From positions 17,205 through 81,204 of the forward strand of contig CACXKR010000001.1 in the NCBI GenBank assembly GCA_902768335.1: DNA of 64,000 nt, read 5' to 3'. Positions 41,262 through 51,467 of this stretch are shown here, one piece after another. A program made the position numbers and the translations under genes. The stretch is from an uncultured Erysipelotrichaceae bacterium. GTDB taxonomy: Bacteria > Bacillota_I > Bacilli_A > RFN20 > CAG-826. The notes under the pieces were generated by a model. It was not told where the DNA came from, did not search any database, and saw only the letters and a program-made list of their open reading frames with translations. Each line of letters begins with the position of its first letter. Within the stretch, counting starts at the first letter, position 1.

Positions 41262-43898
41262 TTATTTCTTGTTGCGGATAGCGGCTTGTGCAGCAGCTAA
41301 TCTTGCAACTGGAACACGGAATGGTGAACATGAAACATAATCAAGTCCTGCTCTATGGTAGAAGTCGATTGAGTTTGGTTCGCCACCAGTTTCACCACAA
41401 ACACCGATGTGGAGATCTTTTCTAGTTGAACGGCCAAGTTTGACTGACATTTCAACAAGTTTTCCAACACCTTTTTGATCTAAGGTCTTGAATGGATCTT
41501 CTTCTAAGATCTTTGTGGAATAGTAATCTTTTAAGAATTTAGAAGCATCATCACGGCTGAAACCGAATGTCATTTGAGTTAAGTCATTTGTACCAAATGA
41601 GAAGAATTCGGCTTCTTCAGCAATTTCATCGGAGAGTAAAGCGGCTCTCGGGATTTCAATCATTGTGCCAACATGATACTTCATGTTAACGCCGGCTTTC
41701 TTAATGATTTCGTCAGCAACTTTGGTAATGATTCCTTTAACGAACTTGAGTTCTTTGACTTCAAGTACGAGTGGTACCATGATTTCTGGTTCAATCTTAA
41801 TACCAAGTTCCTTAGAAACATTAATAGCAGCTTTGATGATAGCAGATGTTTGCATTTCACAGATTTCTGGATATGAAACTGCTAAACGGCAACCACGGTG
41901 ACCCATCATTGGGTTAAATTCGTGGAGGTCATCGATACGTTTATGGATGAAGTCGACAGAGTGACCGGTTGCTTTAGCAAGTTCGGCAATCTTGTCTTCT
42001 TCTTGTGGAAGGAATTCGTGTAGAGGTGGATCAAGTAAACGAATATTAACATTGAGTTCGCCCATTTCTTCGAACAATCCTTCAAAGTCTTTTTGTTGTA
42101 ATGGTTCGATTTCTGCTAAAGCAGCAACTCTTTCTTCTTTAGTTTCAGCAAGAATCATCTTTCTGAAGGAGAAGATTTTGTCTTTATCAAAGAACATGTG
42201 TTCTGTACGGCATAAGCCAATACCTTGTGCTCCGAAGACTTTGGCTTGGTGAGCATCTCTTGGAGTATCGGCATTAGCGCGGACTTTAAGAGTTCTAGCT
42301 TCATCAACCCATTTCATTAATCTACCGAAGTTACCACTTGATAGATCTGGTGCAACTTTCTTAATATCGCCTTCATAGACGGAACCTGTGGAACCATCAA
42401 GGGAGATAACATCGTTTGGACCATAAACTTTACCATTAATGGTAAGAGTTTGTTTTTCTTCATCGATTAAGGCAGCAGCACAACCGGTGACGCAGCATTT
42501 ACCCATACCACGAGCAACGACAGCTGCGTGTGAGGTCATACCACCACGGTTAGTGAGAATACCTTCTGAAGCGATCATACCGATTAAATCTTCTGGTGAA
42601 GTTTCGGCACGGACTAAGATAACTTTTTCGCCTGCTTGATGACGGGCTTCAGCTTCTTCAGCAGTGAATGCTAATTTACCAGTTCCTGCACCTGGACCAG
42701 CTGGGTTACCAGTTGCAACTTTGCGGGAAGCAGCTTTTTCAAGTTCATCTTTATCGAAGTTTGGAAGAAGTAGTTTATCGAATGATACTGGATCAATTCT
42801 TAAGACAGCTTCTTCTTCAGTGATTAAACCTTCATCAACCATGTCGCAAGCCATCTTTAAGGCAGCGGCTGGAGTACGTTTACCACTTCTGGTTTGTAAG
42901 AAGTATAATTTTCCTTCTTCAACAGTGAATTCCATATCTTGCATATCGCGATAATGGAGTTCCATTTTCTTAATAGTTTCTTCAAATTGACGATAGACGT
43001 CAGGCATACGTCTCTTGAGTTCATCAATGTGAAGCGGGGTACGAATACCAGCAACAACGTCTTCACCTTGAGCATTTGGTAAATATTCAGCAGAAATTAC
43101 TTTTTCACCAGTAGCAGCGTTTCTTGAGAATGCGACGCCTGTACCGGAAGTTTCGCCTTTATTACCGAAGGCCATGGATTGAACGTTGACAGCGGTACCC
43201 CATGAATATGGGATGGAGTATTGCATACGATAAACGTTAGCACGTGGGTTATCCCATGAACGGAAGACTGCGGTGACAGCTTCAATCAATTGAACTTTTG
43301 GATCAGATGGGAATTCTTCACCAAAGGTTTTCTTATAATATTCTTTGTATTTGCTGACCAACTCTTTGAGTTCGGAAGCAGTGACTTCTGTATCGAGCTT
43401 GTAGCCTCTTGATTTCTTTAGATCATCAAGCATTTTGTCCATATCGGTACGTGGATGACCTTTAGCGATGTTTGTGAACATCAAAATGAAACGACGATAG
43501 CTATCCCAAGCAAATCTTTCATTATTGGTTTCTTTGATCATCGCTGCGACAGTTGTGTCATTTAAACCAAGGTTTAAGATGGTGTCCATCATACCTGGCA
43601 TAGAAACACGAGCGCCACTACGAACAGATACGAGAAGAGGTTTGACTGAACCGCCAAAGTTTTTGCCTGTTTCTTTTTCAACTCTTGCGATACCAGCATA
43701 GATTTGTTCGACTAGATAGTCTGGAAGCTTCTTTCCACTTTCATAGTAAAGTGTACAGGCTTCCGTAGAGATGGTGAATCCTTCAGGAATTGGGACTCCA
43801 ATATGAGTCATTTCTGCAAGACCAGCACCTTTTCCTCCAAGGAGTTCTTTGCCTAATCCATAGGCGTCCTTGAAGTTATATACGTATTGTTTCGCCAT
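41262..43898 (-). CDS. ppdK: pyruvate, phosphate dikinase
   Basis: 878 aa with a PEP-utilizing His domain (GGMTSHAAVVAR) and a TIM-barrel C-terminus with Cys (GTNDLTQ...CGE). Confidence 0.95.
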   Translation of the reverse strand: MAKQYVYNFKDAYGLGKELLGGKGAGLAEMTHIGVPIPEGFTISTEACTLYYESGKKLPDYLVEQIYAGIARVEKETGKNFGGSVKPLLVSVRSGARVSMPGMMDTILNLGLNDTTVAAMIKETNNERFAWDSYRRFILMFTNIAKGHPRTDMDKMLDDLKKSRGYKLDTEVTASELKELVSKYKEYYKKTFGEEFPSDPKVQLIEAVTAVFRSWDNPRANVYRMQYSIPYSWGTAVNVQSMAFGNKGETSGTGVAFSRNAATGEKVISAEYLPNAQGEDVVAGIRTPLHIDELKRRMPDVYRQFEETIKKMELHYRDMQDMEFTVEEGKLYFLQTRSGKRTPAAALKMACDMVDEGLITEEEAVLRIDPVSFDKLLLPNFDKDELEKAASRKVATGNPAGPGAGTGKLAFTAEEAEARHQAGEKVILVRAETSPEDLIGMIASEGILTNRGGMTSHAAVVARGMGKCCVTGCAAALIDEEKQTLTINGKVYGPNDVISLDGSTGSVYEGDIKKVAPDLSSGNFGRLMKWVDEARTLKVRANADTPRDAHQAKVFGAQGIGLCRTEHMFFDKDKIFSFRKMILAETKEERVAALAEIEPLQQKDFEGLFEEMGELNVNIRLLDPPLHEFLPQEEDKIAELAKATGHSVDFIHKRIDDLHEFNPMMGHRGCRLAVSYPEICEMQTSAIIKAAINVSKELGIKIEPEIMVPLVLEVKELKFVKGIITKVADEIIKKAGVNMKYHVGTMIEIPRAALLSDEIAEEAEFFSFGTNDLTQMTFGFSRDDASKFLKDYYSTKILEEDPFKTLDQKGVGKLVEMSVKLGRSTRKDLHIGVCGETGGEPNSIDFYHRAGLDYVSCSPFRVPVARLAAAQAAIRNKK

Positions 43899-44073
43899 AT
43901 TTTCCTCCTGTGAGACAATAAAAATATTGAATGCTAAAACACTCGCTTAAAATATAGCAAAAAAGTAATATTAATCGCAATAAGAATAATTAAATTTTAT
44001 AATTTAACCGCTTACATTGTTGTTATGATAATCAAAAACAAAGTGTGGTATCATTTAAAAGTGGAGGTTTCAT

Positions 44074-45630
44074 ATGAAAGAACCATTGATTCTTACTATT
44101 GATTTTGGAACGCAATCAGTCCGTGCAGGATTATTTAATAAAAAAGGTGAAACAGTTGCTTTAGTTAAAGAAAAATACAACCCACCATACTTTTCTCCTA
44201 AGAAAGGATATGCCGAACAAGATCCTGAATATTACTTCGAATCGCTTTGTAAAGTAACAAAGAAATTAGTCGAAGAAAATAAGGATAAAATGGATGATGT
44301 TTTAGGCATTGTTATGTCCTTTTTTAGAGACTCGGTTGTCTGTCTCGATAAAGACAATAAAGTGCTCCGTCCTGCTATTTTGTGGCTCGATGAAAGAAGA
44401 GCCGAAGGCAAGCAAAAACTCCCGGTTTTGCATAGATTTTTGTTTAAATTGATCGGAATGAAGCCAACTATTGAACTCAATTTAAAGCGTTCTATGGCAC
44501 AGTGGATTAAAGAGAATGAACCAGAGATTTGGCAGAAGACTGATAAGTTCATGATGATCTCAACTTTTATCACTATGAAATTAGTTGGCGATTATGTTGA
44601 TTCACCATGTTCACAAGCTGGGCATCTCCCTATTAATTTTAAGAAAGGTGTTTGGTACAAAAATCCTGATAAGCATATTAAAGGCCAAATATTTGGAGTG
44701 GATGCAAAACGCCTCTGCAAACTTGTTCCTGTAGGTGAAGTTCTTGGTGAAATAACCGAAGAAGCAAGTCGTTTAACAGGATTACCGGTTGGAATGAAGA
44801 TGTTCTCAGGTGGTTCAGACAAATCTGCCGAAACATTAGGCTTAGGCGTTGTTGATGATAGAACTGCCGCGATTAGTTATGGAACAGCCTCTACGATTGA
44901 AATCCCTATTAATAAATATAAAGATGCAGAACCATTTTTACCTTCATATCCTGCAATTGTAAAAGGTTATTATAACCTTGATGTTCAAGTATATCGTGGA
45001 TATTGGATGTTAAATTGGTTCGCTAAACAATTTGGAACACAAGAAGTCGAAAAACTTCTCGACGAAAAAGACGAAATCGAAAAATTAAACAAAGCAATGC
45101 TAGATATTCCACCTGGAAGCGATGGCTTGGTGCTTCAACCTTATTGGGGGCCAGGTCTAAGAAGACCTCTCGCTAAAGGTGCTATCATTGGTTTTAGCGA
45201 TACGCACACAAAGATGCATGTATACCGCGCAATTATAGAAGGTATCGCCTATTGTTTAAAAGAAGGTCTCGAACTCTTCGAAAAGAAAAGACTCCATCAC
45301 AAAATTGATAAAATTAGAATATCTGGCGGTGGTTCCCAATCTGACGCAATCTGTCAGATTACCGCCGATATATTTGGTTTACCTGTTTCTAGAATTCAAA
45401 CATTTGAATGCTCATCTTTAGGATGTGCAATTGCTGGATTTGTTGCGGCCGGAGAATTTAATTGTGTCCATTGTGCTGTTAAAGAAATGGTTCATCAAAC
45501 TGATGAATTCTTACCGAATCCAGAGAACACTAAAAGATATAAATATCTTTTCGAGAATGTATACATGCCTATGTATCCAAGCTTAAAGAATATTTACGCT
45601 AAAGTTAAAAAATATAACGACGAATTTTAA
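44074..45630 (+). CDS. FGGY-family carbohydrate kinase (xylulokinase/glycerol-kinase-like)
   Basis: IDFGTQSVRAGLF N-term and C-terminal GGGSQSD. Confidence 0.8.
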   Translation: MKEPLILTIDFGTQSVRAGLFNKKGETVALVKEKYNPPYFSPKKGYAEQDPEYYFESLCKVTKKLVEENKDKMDDVLGIVMSFFRDSVVCLDKDNKVLRPAILWLDERRAEGKQKLPVLHRFLFKLIGMKPTIELNLKRSMAQWIKENEPEIWQKTDKFMMISTFITMKLVGDYVDSPCSQAGHLPINFKKGVWYKNPDKHIKGQIFGVDAKRLCKLVPVGEVLGEITEEASRLTGLPVGMKMFSGGSDKSAETLGLGVVDDRTAAISYGTASTIEIPINKYKDAEPFLPSYPAIVKGYYNLDVQVYRGYWMLNWFAKQFGTQEVEKLLDEKDEIEKLNKAMLDIPPGSDGLVLQPYWGPGLRRPLAKGAIIGFSDTHTKMHVYRAIIEGIAYCLKEGLELFEKKRLHHKIDKIRISGGGSQSDAICQITADIFGLPVSRIQTFECSSLGCAIAGFVAAGEFNCVHCAVKEMVHQTDEFLPNPENTKRYKYLFENVYMPMYPSLKNIYAKVKKYNDEF

Positions 45631-46187
45631 CGTTTAAAAATCTTAATTATATTGTCGATTGAAGGCACCTTAATAGTAGGGTACTTTTCATTTAATTTTG
45701 TTAGGTACAAACCTTTAAAGAATAGTAACAATGTCGAGGTTATATCACTTGGAGACCCACCGGTGATCGTTCCTTCGTTTTGGCCTTGTGAGATTAATTT
45801 TATGATTTTGGAACGAAGAGACAATTTTCCGTCGTTTGCCAAGATGATTAAAGCGAACGAAATAGTTGTTTTTGATTCATTTGCTAAATCTACGAATTTT
45901 CTAACCAACTCAACAAGTTGAGAATATGCTTCTTTTGTAAAATCAAATACATCAAGTTTTGAGAATAGATTTTTATATGTATTTGATGATAATAGCTCCA
46001 AATAAATTTGTTCACTATTTTTAAAATAATGATAAGCGAGCCCGTGTGAGCATTTCGCCTTTTGACAAATCATATCAATCGAAACGCCGTCTTTGCCATT
46101 GGTCGCAAAAAGAGGAAGAGCACTTTCTAAAATAGAGAGTTTTCTCTCATCTTTCATTTGTTGAAATTGAAGAGGGGTTCTAGGCAT
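45627..46187 (-). CDS. TetR-family transcriptional regulator
   Basis: N-terminal HTH (SIDMICQKAKCSHGLAYHYF). It converges on the kinase gene. Confidence 0.75.
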   Translation of the reverse strand: MPRTPLQFQQMKDERKLSILESALPLFATNGKDGVSIDMICQKAKCSHGLAYHYFKNSEQIYLELLSSNTYKNLFSKLDVFDFTKEAYSQLVELVRKFVDLANESKTTISFALIILANDGKLSLRSKIIKLISQGQNEGTITGGSPSDITSTLLLFFKGLYLTKLNEKYPTIKVPSIDNIIKIFKR

Positions 46188-47100
46188 TTTCTTCTTTTAC
46201 TTCCGGATGCTTTCTCATATATAGATAAATTGCAATGGAAGCAGCAAGACCGATAACAGCAAAAATAGGTGATAAAATCACATCTAATAATGTAACGCCA
46301 GTCTCAGCGAAATAATTAAACATATTACTATTAATGAAAATAGCAACGATTGATCCAACTAGAAATCCTAAGACAACACAATTGGTGGTTTCTTCATGTT
46401 TTTCAAACATGTATTTCATTAATTTTGAGAAGAAGACAAAACCAATCGCCACTCCGACCGCGAATACTGCGAGTCTAAGAATAGACAAACCAGGCTGTTC
46501 AGGAACTTGTAGAACTAAAGCAAGAATTTTGTCGTAAAAGCCAAGCACCATCAATAACATTGATCCAGAAAATCCTGGAACAATTAAACCCATGGACGAG
46601 ATCATTCCGATACCAAAGATGATCGGATATAAATAAATAGGATTATCAGCAAACATGCCTTGCACTTGTTTATCAAGATTGATACCAATTGATAAAACAC
46701 CAAAACCAACCACGACAAGCAAACCAACAATCAAACCAATGATATTTGCCGCATTAAGTTTCTTACCTTTTATTGATGCATCATAAAGACTTGGTAGTGA
46801 GCCAAGCATAAATGCTGCGAACAAAATTGTTAAAGCTAACATGCAGTTTTCAAAAGCCAGTTTGATTGGGAATAGTAAGCCTGCAACTGCGAGAATAGCT
46901 CCAATACCAAATGGTAAAAGAATCAAAAGGTTCTTCCAGAAACGTTTTGTAAATAAATCATCAACAGCATTAACAATTTCTTTAAACGCTCCAGTAATAA
47001 GGGCAATTGTACCTCCTGATATCCCTGGAATAATTATTGCGGTTCCGATGCCCATACCGACCGCGCCATCTCGTAAAACTGTTTTTGCTTTTTTGTTCAT
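46180..47100 (-). CDS. DUF368-family integral membrane protein
   Basis: Polytopic, with GISRSG-like GISGGT motifs in duplicated halves. Confidence 0.65.
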   Translation of the reverse strand: MNKKAKTVLRDGAVGMGIGTAIIIPGISGGTIALITGAFKEIVNAVDDLFTKRFWKNLLILLPFGIGAILAVAGLLFPIKLAFENCMLALTILFAAFMLGSLPSLYDASIKGKKLNAANIIGLIVGLLVVVGFGVLSIGINLDKQVQGMFADNPIYLYPIIFGIGMISSMGLIVPGFSGSMLLMVLGFYDKILALVLQVPEQPGLSILRLAVFAVGVAIGFVFFSKLMKYMFEKHEETTNCVVLGFLVGSIVAIFINSNMFNYFAETGVTLLDVILSPIFAVIGLAASIAIYLYMRKHPEVKEENA

Positions 47101-47200
47101 AATCGGTATTTTAGCATAATTAGAGATAAAACAAAGTTTGGAAATAATTATTTTTTTATTTTTATAGTAAAGACATTTTGGTTAATTTATAATTAACGAC

Positions 47201-47767
47201 ATGAGACTTATTGTTGGGCTTGGAAATCCAGGAAAAGAATACGAGAATACTCGTCACAATTGCGGTTTTAAAGTAATCGATTCTTTTGCCGATGAAATCG
47301 GAGTCGAATTTAACAAAAATGATTTCGATGGAACTTACGCAAAGTTCAAACTTGATGATGAGGATATCATCTTATTTAAACCACTCACCTACATGAATCT
47401 TTCTGGAACAGCGGTTCAAAAGATCGTTCACTTCTTCAAAATTGATTTAGAAAACATTGTTGTTATTTATGACGATATGGCAATCAAACCTGGTGAAATC
47501 AGATTAAGACTTGAAGGTTCAAGCGGTGGACAAAAAGGAATTCAAAACATTATTGAATGTCTAGGTTCGCAAAAAATCAAAAGAATCAGAATTGGAATTG
47601 GCGAGCCCGAATATAATGCGATTGACTATGTTCTCGGAAAACCAACTAAGGAAGAAAAACTAAAAATCGATTCCGCAATTGAAAAAGCAGCCAAAGCTCT
47701 AAAAGAATATCTCAATCATGATTTCCAAAACGCAATGAGCAAATATAATGGTGGTGATAATGTCTGA
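47201..47767 (+). CDS. pth: peptidyl-tRNA hydrolase
   Basis: LIVGLGNPG...HNCGF. Confidence 0.95.
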   Translation: MRLIVGLGNPGKEYENTRHNCGFKVIDSFADEIGVEFNKNDFDGTYAKFKLDDEDIILFKPLTYMNLSGTAVQKIVHFFKIDLENIVVIYDDMAIKPGEIRLRLEGSSGGQKGIQNIIECLGSQKIKRIRIGIGEPEYNAIDYVLGKPTKEEKLKIDSAIEKAAKALKEYLNHDFQNAMSKYNGGDNV

Positions 47768-50700
47768 AAGATGAATTATTAAATCTAATCGCAAATAGTG
47801 AAGCCGCCACCTCCCTCCTTCGTAAAAGAGGGCATTTTGTCGTTGACGATACAATTGGAATATCTTTGCTTTTTGCGGGGATTTTTCACAAAAAACCAGA
47901 TAAATATTTGCTTGTAGCGAACAATCTTTATGGTGCTCAAAAAATCGCTGATTTCATCGCTTCGCTCATTGGAGAAGAAAACGTTTTGTTCTTTCCAGTT
48001 GATGACTTATTGCGTAACGATTTACTAACCGCTTCAAAAGAATTATTGGCTCAGCGCCTTTATGTTCTTAATCGATGTTTGTATTTAAAAAAAGGAATTG
48101 TTGTCACTCATACAAGCGCACTACTAACCGCCTTGCCTGATCCATATGAATTTAAAAAATCAACATTTGAAATCCATGTTGGCGACACAATTCATCTTGG
48201 TGAATTTAAAACCCAATTAGTTAAAGCGGGTTATTCACAAGTTAATAAAATTGACCAAACGCTTCAATTCGCATCTAGAGGCGATATTTTAGATGTCTAT
48301 CCAGTTTCAAGCGACAAACCAATTAGAATCGAATTTTTTGGTGATAGTGTTGAATCAATTGCAACCTTTGATGTAGCTACTCAAAAAAGCATTCATCAAA
48401 TCGATGAGATTGTTTTTCCTCCTGCAAACGATTGTCTATTCACTGATGAAGAAATCGATGATTTTAAAATTAATTTAGGCGCTCAAGTCCATCGTGACTC
48501 AGAACACCTGGATGAAGATAAGCAAATTCTTTTAAAACAGAATAGCGAACTAGATTTTGAAACGATTCAATCACGCGCCTTTACGCCAAAACAATATAAA
48601 TATTTTAGATTCATTAAAAAAGAAACGGCTTCAATCGTCGATTATTTTTGTCCTAATATCACCTTTATTTGTAATAGAAAACAATTCAATGCGACGGTTG
48701 AATTTAATAACAAAGAAGCTCAAAAATACTTATTTGAGCAATCAGAAAACGGAAGAATTATCACACACTTGGAACTATATTCTAAAGTTGATAAATCCAT
48801 CAAACAATCAAGCTGCGTTTTATATGGTAATCAATTTAAAGAAAGTGATGATGATATTTCATTTAAAACTGCGCCAGTGGTTTTTTCAAAAGCTAATGTC
48901 TCAAATTTGAAATTGGTAATTGATAGCTACTTGCCGCATTACGATAAAGTCATCCTTGCTTTAGCAAATAAACAACAATTCGATTTAGTTAGCAATCTTC
49001 TTAAAGAAGAAAAACAAGATTTTGAAATTTTAGACAATTTAAACATTCCATCTAAAAAAATAGGAATTGTGATGTATTCGTTAGAAGATGGTTTTGAACT
49101 CACTAACGAAAAGATTGTTTTCATTTCGTCAAAAGAGCTTTTCGGCTTTCAAAATAGATCATCTCGTTTTTTAAATCGATTCAAAGAAGGAACAATTATT
49201 AAAAGCTACGAAGATCTTCAACCCGGAGACTATGTTGTTCACGAATATTATGGAATTGGAAAATTTATCAATATCGAAACGACCGAAACAGGTGGCGTTC
49301 ATACTGATTTTATTCATATTCAGTACGCGGGAACTTCAACCCTTTATGTTCCATTAACACAATTTAGACTAATTAGAAAATATTGTGGTAGAGAAGGGGC
49401 TGAGCCTAAGTTATCTAGCCTTAATTCCAAAGAGTGGGAAAAACGAAAAGCTAAAATCAAAGAAAGAGTTAATGATTTAGCAGATCGTTTATATCAACTT
49501 TATTCTGAAAGGGCTCAGATTAAAGGCTTTGCCTTCCAAAAAGATGACGAGATTCAGGAAGCTTTTGAAAGCGAATTTGCTTATGAATTAACCGAAGACC
49601 AAAAAACAGCGCTTGATGACATCAAAAAAGATATGGAATCTGATCGAGTTATGGATAGATTGCTTTGCGGTGATGTCGGCTTTGGCAAAACTGAAGTTGC
49701 TTTCAGAGCAATATTTAAAGCAATCTTATCTCACAAACAGGCCGCGATACTTTGTCCAACAACTTTGTTAGCTAGACAACATTATGAACTTGCTCTAGAA
49801 CGCTTTCAAAACTATGGAGTTAATATCGCTATCATCTCTCGCTTAGTAAGTGAAAAGAAGCAAAAAGAATATATTAAGGATATTAAATCTGGGAAGATTC
49901 ATCTTGTTATTGGAACGCACCGTTTATTATCGAAAGATTATGTTTTTAATGATTTAGGATTGCTTGTTGTTGATGAAGAACAAAGATTCGGAGTTGAACA
50001 AAAAGAGAAGATAAAAGAACTTAGAACTGACGTCGATGTTTTATCACTTTCAGCGACGCCTATTCCAAGGACTCTGCAACTATCTTTAATCGGTGTTAGA
50101 CCTGTATCACAAATTACTACTCCACCTACAAATAAATCCGCAATTCAGACATATGTTGCTCCTTTTTCAAAAGAAGTCGCTCGTGAATTAATCGAAAGAG
50201 AACTATCTAGAAAAGGACAAGTTTTTTACATTCACAATGTCGTTGATTCAATCGATCATGTAGCGCGAGATATTCAGCGAATGGTGCCTTCTGCTTCTGT
50301 TGGCGTTGTCCATGGAAAGCTCGATAAAGAAGAAACTGAAGATGTAATGATGAGATTTTATGCTGGAGAGATAGACATTCTTGTAGCAACATCCATTGTT
50401 GAGAATGGCATTGATATTCCTAACGCTAATTTAATTATTGTTGAAGATGCTGACAGATTTGGATTATCTCAACTCTACCAAATTAAAGGTAGGGTTGGCA
50501 GAGGTGGAAGAATTGCATATGCATATTTGTTCTACCGTCCACAAAAGAACATGAATAAGAACGCTGTAAAAAGATTACAAGCGATTCAAGATTTTGCTGA
50601 ACTCGGTAGCGGATATAAAATTGCTCAGCGCGATTTAATGATTCGTGGAGCAGGAGATATATTGGGGCCAGAACAAGCAGGCTTTATTGATTCGATTGGT

Positions 50701-51231
50701 CTTGAACTTTATCTCAAATTGTTAAATGAAGTCATCGAAGAAAAGAAGACGGGCGTTAAAATCGAACCTCCTAAACCAGTTAAAATGTTCAATATTGAAG
50801 CTTATGTTCCTGAAAGTTACGTTAGAAGCCAGGATAAAATTGAAATATATCAAGATATAGAAAACGCGAAGAACGAAAAGGAACTTAAAGCGGTTCGCGC
50901 AAAAATTAGAGATATTTATGGTCGAATTCCTGAAGAAGTTAGCACGCTTATTAATAAGCGAAGAATCGATATTCTTATCGGACATGATGAATTTTCAGAC
51001 ATCAAGGAATATCCAGAAGTTATTGAAATTATTCTTTCTAAGAAATTTACCGATTTAAACGGAATAGGTCAGCAGCTTTTTGAGGTGCTTGCTCCATATT
51101 TAGATAAAATCCAAGTAAGTTATCTTAAGAAAGTATTAAAAATTAGATTAAAGAAAATTGATAATTGGATGAAAGATTTAGAAACAATTATCGAATGTAT
51201 TGATGTTTTATATAATAAAAGAGCCAGATAA
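47761..51231 (+). CDS. mfd: transcription-repair coupling factor Mfd (5' end unresolved)
   Basis: The track ORF starts at TTG 47866. The same frame is open back to 47761, and the extra 35 codons (..DELLNLIANSEAATSLLRKRGHFVVDDTIGIS) align with the Mfd N-terminal domain. It has helicase motifs and a TRCF domain. Confidence 0.9.
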   Translation, partial: CLKDELLNLIANSEAATSLLRKRGHFVVDDTIGISLLFAGIFHKKPDKYLLVANNLYGAQKIADFIASLIGEENVLFFPVDDLLRNDLLTASKELLAQRLYVLNRCLYLKKGIVVTHTSALLTALPDPYEFKKSTFEIHVGDTIHLGEFKTQLVKAGYSQVNKIDQTLQFASRGDILDVYPVSSDKPIRIEFFGDSVESIATFDVATQKSIHQIDEIVFPPANDCLFTDEEIDDFKINLGAQVHRDSEHLDEDKQILLKQNSELDFETIQSRAFTPKQYKYFRFIKKETASIVDYFCPNITFICNRKQFNATVEFNNKEAQKYLFEQSENGRIITHLELYSKVDKSIKQSSCVLYGNQFKESDDDISFKTAPVVFSKANVSNLKLVIDSYLPHYDKVILALANKQQFDLVSNLLKEEKQDFEILDNLNIPSKKIGIVMYSLEDGFELTNEKIVFISSKELFGFQNRSSRFLNRFKEGTIIKSYEDLQPGDYVVHEYYGIGKFINIETTETGGVHTDFIHIQYAGTSTLYVPLTQFRLIRKYCGREGAEPKLSSLNSKEWEKRKAKIKERVNDLADRLYQLYSERAQIKGFAFQKDDEIQEAFESEFAYELTEDQKTALDDIKKDMESDRVMDRLLCGDVGFGKTEVAFRAIFKAILSHKQAAILCPTTLLARQHYELALERFQNYGVNIAIISRLVSEKKQKEYIKDIKSGKIHLVIGTHRLLSKDYVFNDLGLLVVDEEQRFGVEQKEKIKELRTDVDVLSLSATPIPRTLQLSLIGVRPVSQITTPPTNKSAIQTYVAPFSKEVARELIERELSRKGQVFYIHNVVDSIDHVARDIQRMVPSASVGVVHGKLDKEETEDVMMRFYAGEIDILVATSIVENGIDIPNANLIIVEDADRFGLSQLYQIKGRVGRGGRIAYAYLFYRPQKNMNKNAVKRLQAIQDFAELGSGYKIAQRDLMIRGAGDILGPEQAGFIDSIGLELYLKLLNEVIEEKKTGVKIEPPKPVKMFNIEAYVPESYVRSQDKIEIYQDIENAKNEKELKAVRAKIRDIYGRIPEEVSTLINKRRIDILIGHDEFSDIKEYPEVIEIILSKKFTDLNGIGQQLFEVLAPYLDKIQVSYLKKVLKIRLKKIDNWMKDLETIIECIDVLYNKRAR

Positions 51232-51233
51232 AA

Positions 51234-51467
51234 ATGAGATTAGATAAATATTTAAAAGTCAGTCGAATTATTAAAAGAAGAACCCTTGCCAAAGAACAAA
51301 TCGAAAAAGGAAATGTTTTACTTAATGGAAAAGTCGCCAAAGCATCAAGTGAAGTGAGCGTTAACGATTTAATCACTTTGTCTAAAATCAATAAAAGCTA
51401 TAAAGTGCTTTTGATTCTTCCAAATGCAACAGAAGAAAAAGCTAAAAGTATGTACGAGGAAATATAA
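51234..51467 (+). CDS. rqcP: S4-domain ribosome-quality-control protein RqcP (YabO/Hsp15-like)
   Basis: MRLDKYLKVSRIIKRRTLAKE... is near-identical in pattern to B. subtilis YabO. Confidence 0.85.
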   Translation: MRLDKYLKVSRIIKRRTLAKEQIEKGNVLLNGKVAKASSEVSVNDLITLSKINKSYKVLLILPNATEEKAKSMYEEI

